Virus record (IMG/VR): IMGVR_UViG_3300044724_006669 | Location: 1 to 64,000 of that record | Direction: 5' to 3' (one strand) | From: an uncultured virus (IMG/VR IMGVR_UViG_3300044724_006669) | Lineage: Duplodnaviria > Heunggongvirae > Uroviricota > Caudoviricetes | Length of the DNA stretch: 64,000 nt | Shown: piece after piece, positions 27,441 through 37,762 of the stretch | Numbering within the stretch: the first letter of the stretch is position 1 | Layout of the letters: each line of letters opens with the position of its first letter | Made by a program: the position numbers and the translations under genes | Notes under the pieces: generated by a model | Databases searched by the model: none | Told to the model about the DNA's origin: nothing | Seen by the model: only the letters and a program-made list of their open reading frames with translations

Positions 27441-28720
27441 TTTAATGCATCCAATTCTGGTATAATGTCAAGAATATTTTCATTGCGAATGCCATCAAGT
27501 TGTTGAGTCTTTTGCCAAAATTTTTCCAACAAGTGCGTGTTGTCTGTTTTTAAATACTGTAATGCACTTTCAAAACCAACAGTTGCTCTGTTTAGTTTAT
27601 CTTGTGGGCGTAACCAAACAAGATGTTTCTCATACGCATCAACGATTTGATCTTTGTACGCTTGTGGTGCAATGTCAATTCTATAGTAATTAGGATCTTG
27701 TAATATATTGATGTTTAGATCCTGTGCTTGAAGCAATCCTTTGTTTACCCAGTCTCTGTGAAAGTCTGGTATGTGCAAGGCATTCATGATACTAAGTGTT
27801 GGTGAAATATAAAAGTCAACCTTTGGACATATTTCCATCATTTTATGTCTGTTTTGTTCAACTATGTCCCATTTGGCGCCTTTACGTATGTACTCAGCAC
27901 GAGGACCCATTGCATCCAAACTTGCACCAACTGCTACACTGTCAAACTTTTTCCAATAATCAAAAACCAATCTTTCTTTAAGTTGAACATGCGTAAAATT
28001 TGTATTGTAAATGAGTCGCACATCAAAACGGCCTCTACGTTCAAGCTCTTCAAGTATCACATAGTGTTCATCCATCATCAGTGGTTCACCACCAGCAAAG
28101 TATATTTGTTCTACATAGTCAAGATGCTCCATTAACTGTTCCATCATATCAGTTTTAAACCGTCCTGCATAGTTTAACACCTTGTTATTTTTTGCCCATT
28201 CGGGGCCAGCAAGAGCAGTCTGGTCTTTATGCCAACTACTAGAAAATATATGTCCACAACTCCGACAACTTAGATTACACAAGTTTGAAAAACGTATATC
28301 CCAATAGGTCATTTCAAAATCTTTATACTCACCCTCGACAGTTGTGTCTTGTGTTCTGTGTATGTGGTGTCCATGATGCTTGTTTGCACTTTGTCTACCT
28401 GAAAAGAATCCTGATGCTTCTTGTTCATAGCATCTTCCGCATGCGTCATTTTTGGTTTCAGTTAACATATCTTGACGTAGTTTCTTTTGTTCAGGGCTAT
28501 TCCAAATTTCTAACATTGTATTTGTTTTGCAGTTGCCTACCTGTCCTACACCCATTTCAGCATGACAACAAGGATATGCTTCACCAGTTGGATATGCATG
28601 TAAGTGTATCCATGGATACATGCAAAAAGTCTTGCTTTCACTTAATAAGAAACGTTCACGTTCTTCTAAGTCACTTAGTTTTATTTTTATTGGATCGCTA
28701 CTGTTATAGTTGTAACTCAT
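27437..28720 (-). CDS. Radical SAM protein with N-terminal twitch/SPASM-like Cys domain
   Basis: CMYPW..PCC..CGRC; CNLSCRSC; GGEPL. Confidence 0.9.
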   Translation of the reverse strand: MSYNYNSSDPIKIKLSDLEERERFLLSESKTFCMYPWIHLHAYPTGEAYPCCHAEMGVGQVGNCKTNTMLEIWNSPEQKKLRQDMLTETKNDACGRCYEQEASGFFSGRQSANKHHGHHIHRTQDTTVEGEYKDFEMTYWDIRFSNLCNLSCRSCGHIFSSSWHKDQTALAGPEWAKNNKVLNYAGRFKTDMMEQLMEHLDYVEQIYFAGGEPLMMDEHYVILEELERRGRFDVRLIYNTNFTHVQLKERLVFDYWKKFDSVAVGASLDAMGPRAEYIRKGAKWDIVEQNRHKMMEICPKVDFYISPTLSIMNALHIPDFHRDWVNKGLLQAQDLNINILQDPNYYRIDIAPQAYKDQIVDAYEKHLVWLRPQDKLNRATVGFESALQYLKTDNTHLLEKFWQKTQQLDGIRNENILDIIPELDALK

Positions 28721-30062
28721 TAAACCATTCTTTCATACTTGGAAATACTTTATTAAAATTTTTATTACGTCTGATATCATACTGTGTATAAAATTTTACA
28801 AAGTCGTTGTGTAGTTTTGGTGTCTCAAATGCTTCACTGTGCGGAGTTTTAACTACATCTAAGTAATCTAATAAACGTTGTGTTTGATTAAGTTCATGTT
28901 CATGAAATAGTTTGTTGTCTACATTGAGATCAAACCAATGTTGTAATCGATCTTTGTATGCCGAGCGTATTTGGTCAGGTAATGCTAATGCACTTTGAAA
29001 ACTAGGAAATCGAAGTATATTAAGTGTAAAACTAGGAAAGTCTCTGCCATATTTTGCTTTTATATTCAGTAAATAATCTAAAAATTCTGGCAATGACTCC
29101 AAACACAATGCATTAATTGTACACATGTTGTGCAAACCACGTAACTTATTGCTTGAGGCCAACATTTCAAAGTTTGTCTGCCATGTGTTCCAGTCAAGTC
29201 CATCACGTATGTATTCTGCTTGATCTACTATGCTTTCGTTACTTGTATAAATGTCCAGCGGAGCACTATCAGCCCGATCAAGTAGTTTTTCTATATCATC
29301 TGTGCTACACTGTAGATTACTGTTGATAGCAATGCGTGTTTTACTTGCGCCTTTGTTTTCTTTGAACCAGTCTAATAGTTTCCACAGGTGTCCGCTCATC
29401 ATTGGTTCTCCACCTGTTATGCGTAATTCTTGTAAAGTTCTGTGCAGATCTGATTCCCACCATTTAAAGAACGCTTCGATGTAAGGATTAGTTTCGTTGA
29501 ACCTATACAACTGCGAGCTATCATGTGGATGTGTAAAATGATTGCGGCCATCGCTTACGAGGCCTTGATATGCACCGTTCTTCTTTATATCTTTTACCCA
29601 TGTGGTGCTAAAAGCAGGATTACAATAACTGCATGCTAGGTTACAAGTACGATCAAATGCTATTTCTAGTGTTTTTAAGTCTATGTCCTCATTGTGGTCG
29701 GTTTCATGGGCATGTTTGAGTGCTTCATCATCGTAGATTACACTCTTGTAAACCCTATCACTGATGTTGTCTCTGCCTATGTCTTCTACTTTCCAACAAT
29801 ACTCGCAACCCTTTGGACGCTCGCCATATTGCATCTGCAAACGCTCATGTTTTTTATGTGGCGTGTTGTGTAGTGCCTTAGGATTAGCAATAACATTCTC
29901 TACACTTACATGATGTGGAAGTGGATGATGGCAACTAGTTGTCATGCCTGAGCCTAACCATATAGTTGCATTATACCATTTGGCTCCACACATGCTATCA
30001 CTAAGTGGATTAAGTACACGTTCTTTATATGCTAGATCAGTCTCGTTTGGTTGCTTAGGCAA
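28704..30062 (-). CDS. Radical SAM protein (second subfamily)
   Basis: CGAKW..SCHHP..CEYCW; CNLACSYC; GGEPM; probable TTG start at 30062 with GGAG RBS. Confidence 0.88.
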   Translation of the reverse strand: MPKQPNETDLAYKERVLNPLSDSMCGAKWYNATIWLGSGMTTSCHHPLPHHVSVENVIANPKALHNTPHKKHERLQMQYGERPKGCEYCWKVEDIGRDNISDRVYKSVIYDDEALKHAHETDHNEDIDLKTLEIAFDRTCNLACSYCNPAFSTTWVKDIKKNGAYQGLVSDGRNHFTHPHDSSQLYRFNETNPYIEAFFKWWESDLHRTLQELRITGGEPMMSGHLWKLLDWFKENKGASKTRIAINSNLQCSTDDIEKLLDRADSAPLDIYTSNESIVDQAEYIRDGLDWNTWQTNFEMLASSNKLRGLHNMCTINALCLESLPEFLDYLLNIKAKYGRDFPSFTLNILRFPSFQSALALPDQIRSAYKDRLQHWFDLNVDNKLFHEHELNQTQRLLDYLDVVKTPHSEAFETPKLHNDFVKFYTQYDIRRNKNFNKVFPSMKEWFNELQL

Positions 30063-31113
30063 ACAAGTTCTCCATTTTATATTTTTGTTCTTTACTAAAT
30101 TCTTTAAGGCGAGCTTTATTATAACGCAAATCTGGTAACATGTCAAGGTACATTTGTTCTATTTCTAATCTTGGCATATCCACTAGATAATTTATTACAT
30201 CCATTAGTGCATTATGTTGACCGTATTCTTCTGTAATTGTCTCAACCGGCAAATGTTTCCAATAATGATTAAATGTTCGAAATCCTCTGTCTCTTAACCA
30301 TTGATAAGATCTTGGATTACCATGCACATGAAACGGACGTAGTCCTATCATTGGCTTCCAAATTTTTTCTGTCATAAACACAGGTTTCCATTCGTCAAAT
30401 TCTGTTTCGCTTACCACATTTAAAAAATGGTTTTGCCACAAATCAAGGCGTCCAATTGTTACAAGATCATTTGGAACTCCAGCATGATCGTCATCATCTC
30501 CGTCTGTCTGCTTGTATGCCGACGGTAGATCATCTATTGTCATTGGAATAACTTCAAGACCTTGGTGCCAATCTGTTCCATCTTTTGCTACTCCACCTAA
30601 TGTAACAATACCACGTTCTAACAGATGCGGTTGTTCTCTTAAAATATTGGTAATTTCAACTCGATGCAGTCTTGGTTTTCTTTGATATAGCATATACGCA
30701 AAGTCTGCACTTTGCATTAATACCTCTTCTTCCTTATATTCAGGCATGCGGTCGTTGGCAATAAGTGCATGAAAGTTCCATTCCATTGCTTCACCTTCGA
30801 ACATTCCGATTCGATATATGTTTTTAATATTGTACTTGTTTATTATTTTTTCTAGATCTTCTTCAAAAAGATATATTGGATCAATAATACATAATAAAAA
30901 TAGATTAGTAAATTTACCTTCTAAATTCATCGCTTCTGTCCAGCAGTCGTTATTATCACCAAATTGACTGCCAAACCATGTGGTATTAATTAACAAGTTA
31001 CGCTGATTTGGAAACTTTTTATCAATTTGACTGTGCGTTTTATCAAAGATATATAATTCATCTTTTCCATAAGCCCAATCTAAAGGAAAGTGTGTGCCTA
31101 TTCTTGTGACCAT
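30055..31113 (-). CDS. 'TEK' family putative glycosyltransferase, paralog 3
   Basis: VVSET..MTEKIWKPM...PF...LRDRGFRTF. Confidence 0.55.
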   Translation of the reverse strand: MVTRIGTHFPLDWAYGKDELYIFDKTHSQIDKKFPNQRNLLINTTWFGSQFGDNNDCWTEAMNLEGKFTNLFLLCIIDPIYLFEEDLEKIINKYNIKNIYRIGMFEGEAMEWNFHALIANDRMPEYKEEEVLMQSADFAYMLYQRKPRLHRVEITNILREQPHLLERGIVTLGGVAKDGTDWHQGLEVIPMTIDDLPSAYKQTDGDDDDHAGVPNDLVTIGRLDLWQNHFLNVVSETEFDEWKPVFMTEKIWKPMIGLRPFHVHGNPRSYQWLRDRGFRTFNHYWKHLPVETITEEYGQHNALMDVINYLVDMPRLEIEQMYLDMLPDLRYNKARLKEFSKEQKYKMENLFA

Positions 31114-31931
31114 TCGATCATCTTTCTAATTCCGTATTCAATTGGTATATCACATCTCAGCCCAAGACTGCTCATACGCTCAGTGCTACCAACCCTATGT
31201 CCAGCACCTTCGGGTTGGTCTGTTTGTGTCTTCACAGGAATTTTTACACCATGCATTAACTTATATACTGTTTCTGCTATTTCTTTGAATGTTATTGCTT
31301 TGCCTGTTGCAATATTTACTGTAGTAGATTCTTGTTTGTGTAGTAGGTATTCAAATATTTTCAGTGCATCATCTATGTAAACCCAGTCTCTTGTTTGTGT
31401 ACCACTTCCCCACACACTACACTCACCTTTCTTTGCTCTTTGTATTATTGCAGGTATCGGATAATCCAAGTCTTGTCCAGGGCCGTATATGCTAAAAGGT
31501 CGCATGACGTGTACAGGAATGTGTAATGTTTTAAGCATACTTTCTGCAACAACTTTAGCAAGCCCGTATATGTCAAAAGTTTTACTACTTCCAAACTGTT
31601 CTTCTTGCATCGGTGTGTCAGGCATTTCTTGTAGGTGCAGAGGATAGGCCGCACAACTGCTAGGATAGATTATTTTCTTACACCATTCTTCAGCCCATCT
31701 AAATGTAATTCTATCAATTTCTATATTTTCAGTAATAAGCCATTTATTATTATCAATACCTTTACGTCCACCAACATAGGCAGCAAAATGACACAAACAA
31801 TCAAAGTTTTCGTAAGGCAGGTTACGACGTACATCTTGTGTAAATGCAGTGACTTCGTGACCTTTATTGCGGAAATATTTTACTGTGTGGCTTCCTAAGA
31901 AACCACCGGATCCTGTAACTATAACTTTCAT
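31098..31931 (-). CDS. NAD-dependent nucleotide-sugar epimerase/reductase
   Basis: TGSGGFLG, AAYVGG, SSCAAYP, YGLAK, WGSGTQTRDW. Confidence 0.9.
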   Translation of the reverse strand: MKVIVTGSGGFLGSHTVKYFRNKGHEVTAFTQDVRRNLPYENFDCLCHFAAYVGGRKGIDNNKWLITENIEIDRITFRWAEEWCKKIIYPSSCAAYPLHLQEMPDTPMQEEQFGSSKTFDIYGLAKVVAESMLKTLHIPVHVMRPFSIYGPGQDLDYPIPAIIQRAKKGECSVWGSGTQTRDWVYIDDALKIFEYLLHKQESTTVNIATGKAITFKEIAETVYKLMHGVKIPVKTQTDQPEGAGHRVGSTERMSSLGLRCDIPIEYGIRKMIEWSQE

Positions 31932-31946
31932 AAATGTAGTTATCGC

Positions 31947-33401
31947 TTATTGTTTACTAGCCAAATATTTGCACTCTTCCCACCAAGATGACATTTCAGG
32001 AAAAGTTTTTAAAAAGTCTGTGCCTCTACGTCTATCGTGTTCGTTAAAAAACCTGTAGAAGTCTGCTTTGTTTTTGTTAATATAGACAGGATCGAGATGT
32101 TGTCCGTTACGCATCCAAGCAATGTCTCTGTCTAGCCTGTTAACTTCGTAATCTTTAAATCCTTTAAAACGTGTTTCAGGTTTTTCTAATTGATCATTCA
32201 TCCACGTCTTGCAAAGCTCAAGTTCATATACATAACTTTCTGGCAATAACTGCAAACTCTGCCAGGTAGGTGTACGTAGTACAGGTGTATCAAACCATAC
32301 ACGTTGATAGGTGTTACTGTATATTTGCCTAAGTCCAAGTATACCAGCAAACAGATTCTTCAGTGTGGTTACACTAAGATTATTCATAGTAATTATAAAA
32401 GTGATACTACTGCGTTCTGGTATGTCGTTCAAAAATTGATTTACTCGATCCCAGAGCAAATTAAAATCTAAACCATGACGCATGTATTCTGCTGGCTTAA
32501 ACATACCGTCCAGACTCACATATTGCATAAAATGTTCAACTGTACCTGGACTTTCGCAAAGCATAGTGACATATGCTTTGTAACGTTGCCAAAGTTTTTC
32601 TTCTACACTGAAATTTGAAGTTGTACTTAAATGTAACTTTTGCGAAGGATTTTGTAGCACGTAATCAAAAACACGATATGTGTTTTTATCCATCATTGGT
32701 TCGCCACCGGTCATTCTAAAATGTTCAAGTTCTGGATAAAGTGTAGGCCACCACTCCCAAAATGCTTCTACATATGGATTGTGTTCTCTTGCAGGTATGG
32801 GCCTGCGTTCTCCTACAAAGTGACTAGGATCATTGTGTGGTGTTGATGTTGGCCATGCACCTTCACGTTGTGTTTCTTTCATCCATGTTGAACTATACTG
32901 GGGAGAACAATAACTGCAACTGAGATTACATGCACTATTAAAATCTACTTCAACATAACTAGGAGTAATATCTTGATCCCATGAAGAATTTTTTATAGTT
33001 TCAAAGTCTTTAATTGCCCAAGGCTCACCTGAACGATAGTGTCTGTCACTGAGTTTACCATTGTCTTCCATAGCCCAGCAGTAACTACACTCAGTGGGTC
33101 GCGTACCTTCCAACATCAATTTACGTTGTTGTTTTTTGTGTTCTGTGTTATGCAATGCACTAGGATTGTCTCTGATTGCGTTTGCATCTGCCCTATGCAA
33201 TGGAGGATGATAACAACTATTATTCATACCAGTTGTTAAATGCAAACTAAGTTGCTTCCATTTAGCTAAACAAAAACTTGGTGATACAGTATTTAACTTT
33301 TGTTCAGCACGTTCTGCATCTGATAAGAAATCACTTTTGAAGTTCTCATCAACACCATCACCTTTATTTTGTTTGATATTTGTCATTTTTAAATATGTCA
33401 A
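31947..33401 (-). CDS. Radical SAM protein (second subfamily)
   Basis: CLAKW..SCYHP..CSYCW; CNLSCSYC; GGEPM. Confidence 0.9.
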   Translation of the reverse strand: MTYLKMTNIKQNKGDGVDENFKSDFLSDAERAEQKLNTVSPSFCLAKWKQLSLHLTTGMNNSCYHPPLHRADANAIRDNPSALHNTEHKKQQRKLMLEGTRPTECSYCWAMEDNGKLSDRHYRSGEPWAIKDFETIKNSSWDQDITPSYVEVDFNSACNLSCSYCSPQYSSTWMKETQREGAWPTSTPHNDPSHFVGERRPIPAREHNPYVEAFWEWWPTLYPELEHFRMTGGEPMMDKNTYRVFDYVLQNPSQKLHLSTTSNFSVEEKLWQRYKAYVTMLCESPGTVEHFMQYVSLDGMFKPAEYMRHGLDFNLLWDRVNQFLNDIPERSSITFIITMNNLSVTTLKNLFAGILGLRQIYSNTYQRVWFDTPVLRTPTWQSLQLLPESYVYELELCKTWMNDQLEKPETRFKGFKDYEVNRLDRDIAWMRNGQHLDPVYINKNKADFYRFFNEHDRRRGTDFLKTFPEMSSWWEECKYLASKQ

Positions 33402-34374
33402 AATCGTTGCTCGTAAGTTCTAAAAACCTTTTTTTATTATGTTCAAGTACTGGCTGCATTTCTCTATACATTTCTTGTAAGTTAGTAATCCCTAGTTCAC
33501 TAATAGAACTTATAACTTTTTTAATTTCTGTAGGTTGCCAAGAAGCAGGATCTTCGCTGTAACCTTCGTCCCACCAATCACTGAATGTTTTAAAACCCAT
33601 ATCTTTTAATCTGTGCAAGTACCATTGTGGTCCTTGTATAATAAAAGGAGTTTTAAGTAATATTGGTCGCCAAGTTTTTTCTGTTGGGAAAAACGTATTA
33701 CCAGTATAACAGGTTTCGCAAACAATTTCAACAAAAAAGTTATGATAATTTTGTAAGAAATTTTTATTATCGTTTTGTAATAACTGTTGACAATGACATA
33801 AATCTATGTTTGTTTGTGGCTCAACTATAGCACTTGCAATTGGACATTTGTTTAAAAAAAGTGCCGGAATATCTAAATCTGTGTGGTTAAAGTCAATTAA
33901 CAATTCTTCAATACCTATATTTTCTCTATGATATTGGCTTTGCACATTATAATGGTATGTAAGATAACTTTGATCACGAAATCCAGCATAATATAAGTAA
34001 CTTGCTAAGTCAAGTCTTGGTGCATTACTTCTTCCTATAAACATACCAAAATGTTTAATAATATCTTTGTCATAAGTGTGTTCGTATTCTTTTGCAATTT
34101 CTTTTATATAAATTGGCGAGTGTATATCAATTTTAAAAACGTCATGTTTCTGTACTTGATTTGAAGTTTGTACCGATATCCTTGATGGATTATAATTGTG
34201 TAAATTTGCACAGTGCATAATATAATTTTCGAGCTCAGTATTCGAAATATCAGGACCTTCGTAGTTTAAGTCGAGAGTAATATCTTGATTATGAAGCATA
34301 GCAGTATCAATATTAGAATATATTTCATTAAGATTCCAGATATGGTTATTACTGCTTTTTACAATAATATTCAT
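33364..34374 (-). CDS. 'TEK' family putative glycosyltransferase, paralog 4
   Basis: IVCET..PTEKTWRPI...PFII...LKDMGFKTFSDWWDEGY. Confidence 0.55.
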   Translation of the reverse strand: MNIIVKSSNNHIWNLNEIYSNIDTAMLHNQDITLDLNYEGPDISNTELENYIMHCANLHNYNPSRISVQTSNQVQKHDVFKIDIHSPIYIKEIAKEYEHTYDKDIIKHFGMFIGRSNAPRLDLASYLYYAGFRDQSYLTYHYNVQSQYHRENIGIEELLIDFNHTDLDIPALFLNKCPIASAIVEPQTNIDLCHCQQLLQNDNKNFLQNYHNFFVEIVCETCYTGNTFFPTEKTWRPILLKTPFIIQGPQWYLHRLKDMGFKTFSDWWDEGYSEDPASWQPTEIKKVISSISELGITNLQEMYREMQPVLEHNKKRFLELTSNDFDIFKNDKYQTK

Positions 34375-34907
34375 CTGATATAAAAACCGCTTACCTGTAG
34401 TGTATATTTGTCTCTCATTCCGGCATTAGCACTTAGATGTAAATGGTCGCTATCCCAAATCCAACCTTCGCCTGCTTTCCAATGTGTTGAATTATGCCAT
34501 TCGTTATCTTTTTCGTATTGCAGAAACTCACCAATGGACCAGTCTTGCAAGTATATATTTGCTCTTATTTTTAATCTAGTATCATCAGGATGTGCTTTTT
34601 TAATTTGAAAGAATGTATCTCGGTGTACTGGTATAATGTTGCCTGGGGGTTGTAAAATACTGCTTATCGTTACAACCTCTATTCCCAATTGCTTTCCTAT
34701 TTCTTCAAAGTCTACTTGTTCTCTAGTCCACCATAGTTGTCTAATAAGAGTATTACCCATATCATAACTATCTGGAAAGCCTCCAAATTTTTCGTGTATA
34801 TCTTTCAATTCATGTACCTGATGACTAATACAGCTACCACTATGTACTTGATAATCTGCACGTGTGAATATGTCTATATCATAATTTAATTTAACTGCTT
34901 CTAGCAT
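34371..34907 (-). CDS. 2OG-Fe(II)/AspH-like oxygenase
   Basis: PG.IIPVHRD (HxD) ... HLSANAG..KYTLQVSG. Confidence 0.65.
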   Translation of the reverse strand: MLEAVKLNYDIDIFTRADYQVHSGSCISHQVHELKDIHEKFGGFPDSYDMGNTLIRQLWWTREQVDFEEIGKQLGIEVVTISSILQPPGNIIPVHRDTFFQIKKAHPDDTRLKIRANIYLQDWSIGEFLQYEKDNEWHNSTHWKAGEGWIWDSDHLHLSANAGMRDKYTLQVSGFYIR

Positions 34908-35837
34908 TTACCAACCCTCTTGTTGTTTAATTATGTCTATTTCGCGAGTCATAATTGTTTTGTTGTGCCAATTACTTCTATAATGGTGTTTAAAAAACTT
35001 ACTTTGTATCGGAGTATATATGTTCATAGGAAGTGCTAATTGTCTTGCTAGATCTTCTGCCTTTATAGTAACAAGTTCTCCAGGAGGTATATGTTTAACA
35101 TCATTCCACATATCTTCAAGTAAAGCAAAGTCTTGCACCTGTTTGTAATCCCAATCACTGAGCATGGTTTTCCATGTGCCTAACCTTGATCCTGCAATTG
35201 CCCACAATCCATGTTCAGTATCTGCGCCTACATTGTGCCAGATGGTTAAATGGTCCAAGTTCCTGTTGTGTACACGTTCTTTGAATTCACTTGCACTAGG
35301 CTTTGTACCTCTATCAAGGCACATTTTTACGCCTTCTCTAAAGCCCGCACGAAAAGCATGCTTTGCACTTTCTCCGGGGTATGTAGTTGAGTAACAGTTG
35401 TACATTGGCCAATATAGATCATCAAAGCAAAACTCAACGTCAGTGTCATCTGCACCTTCTGAGGCTTCGTGTGTACGCATGTTACGTACAAATGTTTTTG
35501 TCCACGAGCTTATACCACCATTGCCGTACATCAATCCATTGATATCGTTACGGGCACGCCATCTATATACGGCATGTTCATATTGTTCAGTTTTGTATTC
35601 TAAGGTTTCGTTGAAAAAATTTTCTTCAGGTAGATTGTCACCATCAATCAATATAAAACGTTCTGTATCACTGGCTTCAGCGGCAGCTTTGTGTGCGGCG
35701 TCTGAACCTTTTACTCCATCAACACGTTTTGCCCATGGCACTATGTTGCGGATTTTTACCCAAAATTCTTCTTTCTTGGGTTCATCGTAGCTTAAATATA
35801 CACAATCTATATCAGCCACGTCAACAGTTTTGTTCAT
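34908..35837 (-). CDS. GT-A-like glycosyltransferase
   Basis: YLSYDEP, RVDGVKG, LIDGDN (DxD), NGLMYGNGG, GFREGVKM. Confidence 0.65.
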   Translation of the reverse strand: MNKTVDVADIDCVYLSYDEPKKEEFWVKIRNIVPWAKRVDGVKGSDAAHKAAAEASDTERFILIDGDNLPEENFFNETLEYKTEQYEHAVYRWRARNDINGLMYGNGGISSWTKTFVRNMRTHEASEGADDTDVEFCFDDLYWPMYNCYSTTYPGESAKHAFRAGFREGVKMCLDRGTKPSASEFKERVHNRNLDHLTIWHNVGADTEHGLWAIAGSRLGTWKTMLSDWDYKQVQDFALLEDMWNDVKHIPPGELVTIKAEDLARQLALPMNIYTPIQSKFFKHHYRSNWHNKTIMTREIDIIKQQEGW

Positions 35838-35864
35838 TGTTTTTACTTTTCCCCTGCACCTTAA

Positions 35865-36224
35865 TTATTGATAGTAGCTTTTAATTTTCCATTTAAATGA
35901 ACCATTTTGATCTATAATCATCACGTTGTCTGCTCTAGTAGTTGTTCCTTCATTGCTTGGTACAAGTTTGGTCCAAACTTCGGCATCCACTAATTTTTCA
36001 ATAATGCCGTTACGTATCCTGACATCATAACGTCCTTCGGTATATTGTTCTTTCGAGACTACAATATAATCACCTTGAGATTTATCATCCATGGTATAAA
36101 AAAGAGGCTCACATGTTTCTTTATTATAGTATAATCTGTACTCATAGTCAACCTTATTTTTTTCTATATCGGCTATCAAACGATTAAAAATTGCAAATAC
36201 ATCTTCATCCATAATAGTCTCCAA
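35865..36224 (-). CDS. Hypothetical protein
   Basis: ORF in operon. Confidence 0.7.
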   Translation of the reverse strand: METIMDEDVFAIFNRLIADIEKNKVDYEYRLYYNKETCEPLFYTMDDKSQGDYIVVSKEQYTEGRYDVRIRNGIIEKLVDAEVWTKLVPSNEGTTTRADNVMIIDQNGSFKWKIKSYYQ

Positions 36225-36984
36225 AATTTTTGGCTAGGTGTTTTTGATTATAGTGTACGATTCCAGTTTGATTATGTCCGTTGATACGTAACACTCCATC
36301 AATCACTTCCCAAACTAGTTCTTTACTCCAATCTTCTGCACTGGTTCCAATTATGTGCGACTTCATATGAACAATCTGCGGACCTACACCAGGTGTAACA
36401 AATTCATCTGCACCCAAAGCATAAACTAGATCTGTGCTGGCTATTTCGTCTTGAGCACCCTGTATCATAGTTTTTACTGAATCCCATTGTTCAAAGATTT
36501 GCCTTGTCTGATAAAAAAAGTTTTGTGCTTCTCTGCTCACTCTCCAATATGTTATGGCATTATAAACATCTGGAAGGTTATTCTGATCAAAGATTTTGCG
36601 ATAGTGTCGATTTTTTGCAGTTTGACCATGAAAGTCTCTGCAGCCTGAGGAAATCCAGACAGGTTTGTTCCTGAACAGTGTCCACCAGTGATCAATTGGA
36701 CCACTTACCAGCATATCTGCCTCTAGTTTGACAGTTTCATGGAAAGGGCTTGCATCAAACACTTGCCAATCTGTGGTCCAGCCGCCAGTATTTCCATAAG
36801 GAAAATTTACCACATAGTCAAATACACTGTTTTGATAGTTTTCAACATCTGTAAGTAAACATACCTTTGCATCTTTGTGCCAGTATTTTATACTTCGTGC
36901 CAGAGTGATAGCACATGTCAAATAGTCTACTTGCTCGTCGAGACCAGCAACTATCATGTATCCTTTTTCAGCTTGGTATTGCAT
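36205..36984 (-). CDS. GT8-like glycosyltransferase
   Basis: A..LARSIK, SPF.ETVKLEADM, HMK. Confidence 0.6.
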   Translation of the reverse strand: MQYQAEKGYMIVAGLDEQVDYLTCAITLARSIKYWHKDAKVCLLTDVENYQNSVFDYVVNFPYGNTGGWTTDWQVFDASPFHETVKLEADMLVSGPIDHWWTLFRNKPVWISSGCRDFHGQTAKNRHYRKIFDQNNLPDVYNAITYWRVSREAQNFFYQTRQIFEQWDSVKTMIQGAQDEIASTDLVYALGADEFVTPGVGPQIVHMKSHIIGTSAEDWSKELVWEVIDGVLRINGHNQTGIVHYNQKHLAKNFGDYYG

Positions 36985-37762
36985 ATAATTCTTCTAGATA
37001 AGTTTTACACATCACGTGTAAATCATTGTTTTTCACACATATTTTTTTATTGTTATTTTTTTCTTGGTACTCGATCCACCAGGTGTTGTCCATATAACTT
37101 ACTTTTACATCAGTATCAACATTTAACAAAGGCCACGGAATTTCACACTGTGTTGGATGTAGATTTCCGTTGCACAATAAAAGAGCAATGCTTAGTGCAT
37201 AGTCATTTCTAAACTGTTTTGTACTAAAACCAAAAAGTTCAGCATAGTGTTTATAATTTTCTTGGACCATTTTCCAAACTGTAAACACATCTTCTGTGAA
37301 ACTATTGCTTTTTTCAAATATAACCACAGTGGCCCACCACATGTTTGTGTTTTTGGTACCAAACTTTTCTATTCTTGATTTAGCATGATGTATACTCTGT
37401 ACTGATCTATGACACAAAAAAGGTTGTGAGCTTGTAAAAAATGGTAGCAGTGCATCATTGTTGATCATATAGTCACTGTCAATGAGCAGTGTTCTGGTGT
37501 ATGGCGACAATTCTAAAGCACGATATCTTCCAAAATTATACCAAGTTGTAGATGATTGTCTATCAACAAAAAATCGACGATTGGTATCAGCACCTCTGTC
37601 AACAATGATTTGTTTTTCAAACACGTCTGTGTCAATGTGTTTGTCCGTTACAAGCGTGACAGGAATATCAAGATATTTGATTACACGACTTGCACATTCC
37701 ATTGCCAATCTAGTGTAAGATATCTCGCTATCAAAAGCAAAAATCAAAGCACCAACTGTCAT
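36968..37762 (-). CDS. GT8-like glycosyltransferase
   Basis: SPYTRTLLIDSDY (DxD), FRNDYALS, HVM.K; likely start MTVGA at 37762. Confidence 0.6.
   Translation of the reverse strand: MTVGALIFAFDSEISYTRLAMECASRVIKYLDIPVTLVTDKHIDTDVFEKQIIVDRGADTNRRFFVDRQSSTTWYNFGRYRALELSPYTRTLLIDSDYMINNDALLPFFTSSQPFLCHRSVQSIHHAKSRIEKFGTKNTNMWWATVVIFEKSNSFTEDVFTVWKMVQENYKHYAELFGFSTKQFRNDYALSIALLLCNGNLHPTQCEIPWPLLNVDTDVKVSYMDNTWWIEYQEKNNNKKICVKNNDLHVMCKTYLEELYAIPS

Noticed and set aside
28285..28791. 168-aa + strand ORF and the many other 60-140 aa ORFs opposite long genes
   Set aside because: Antisense or alternative-frame shadows of well-supported CDSs.
30063..30146. N-terminal extension of the 28704 radical-SAM ORF
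   Set aside because: Overlaps the upstream gene; TTG 30062 with a GGAG RBS is more plausible.
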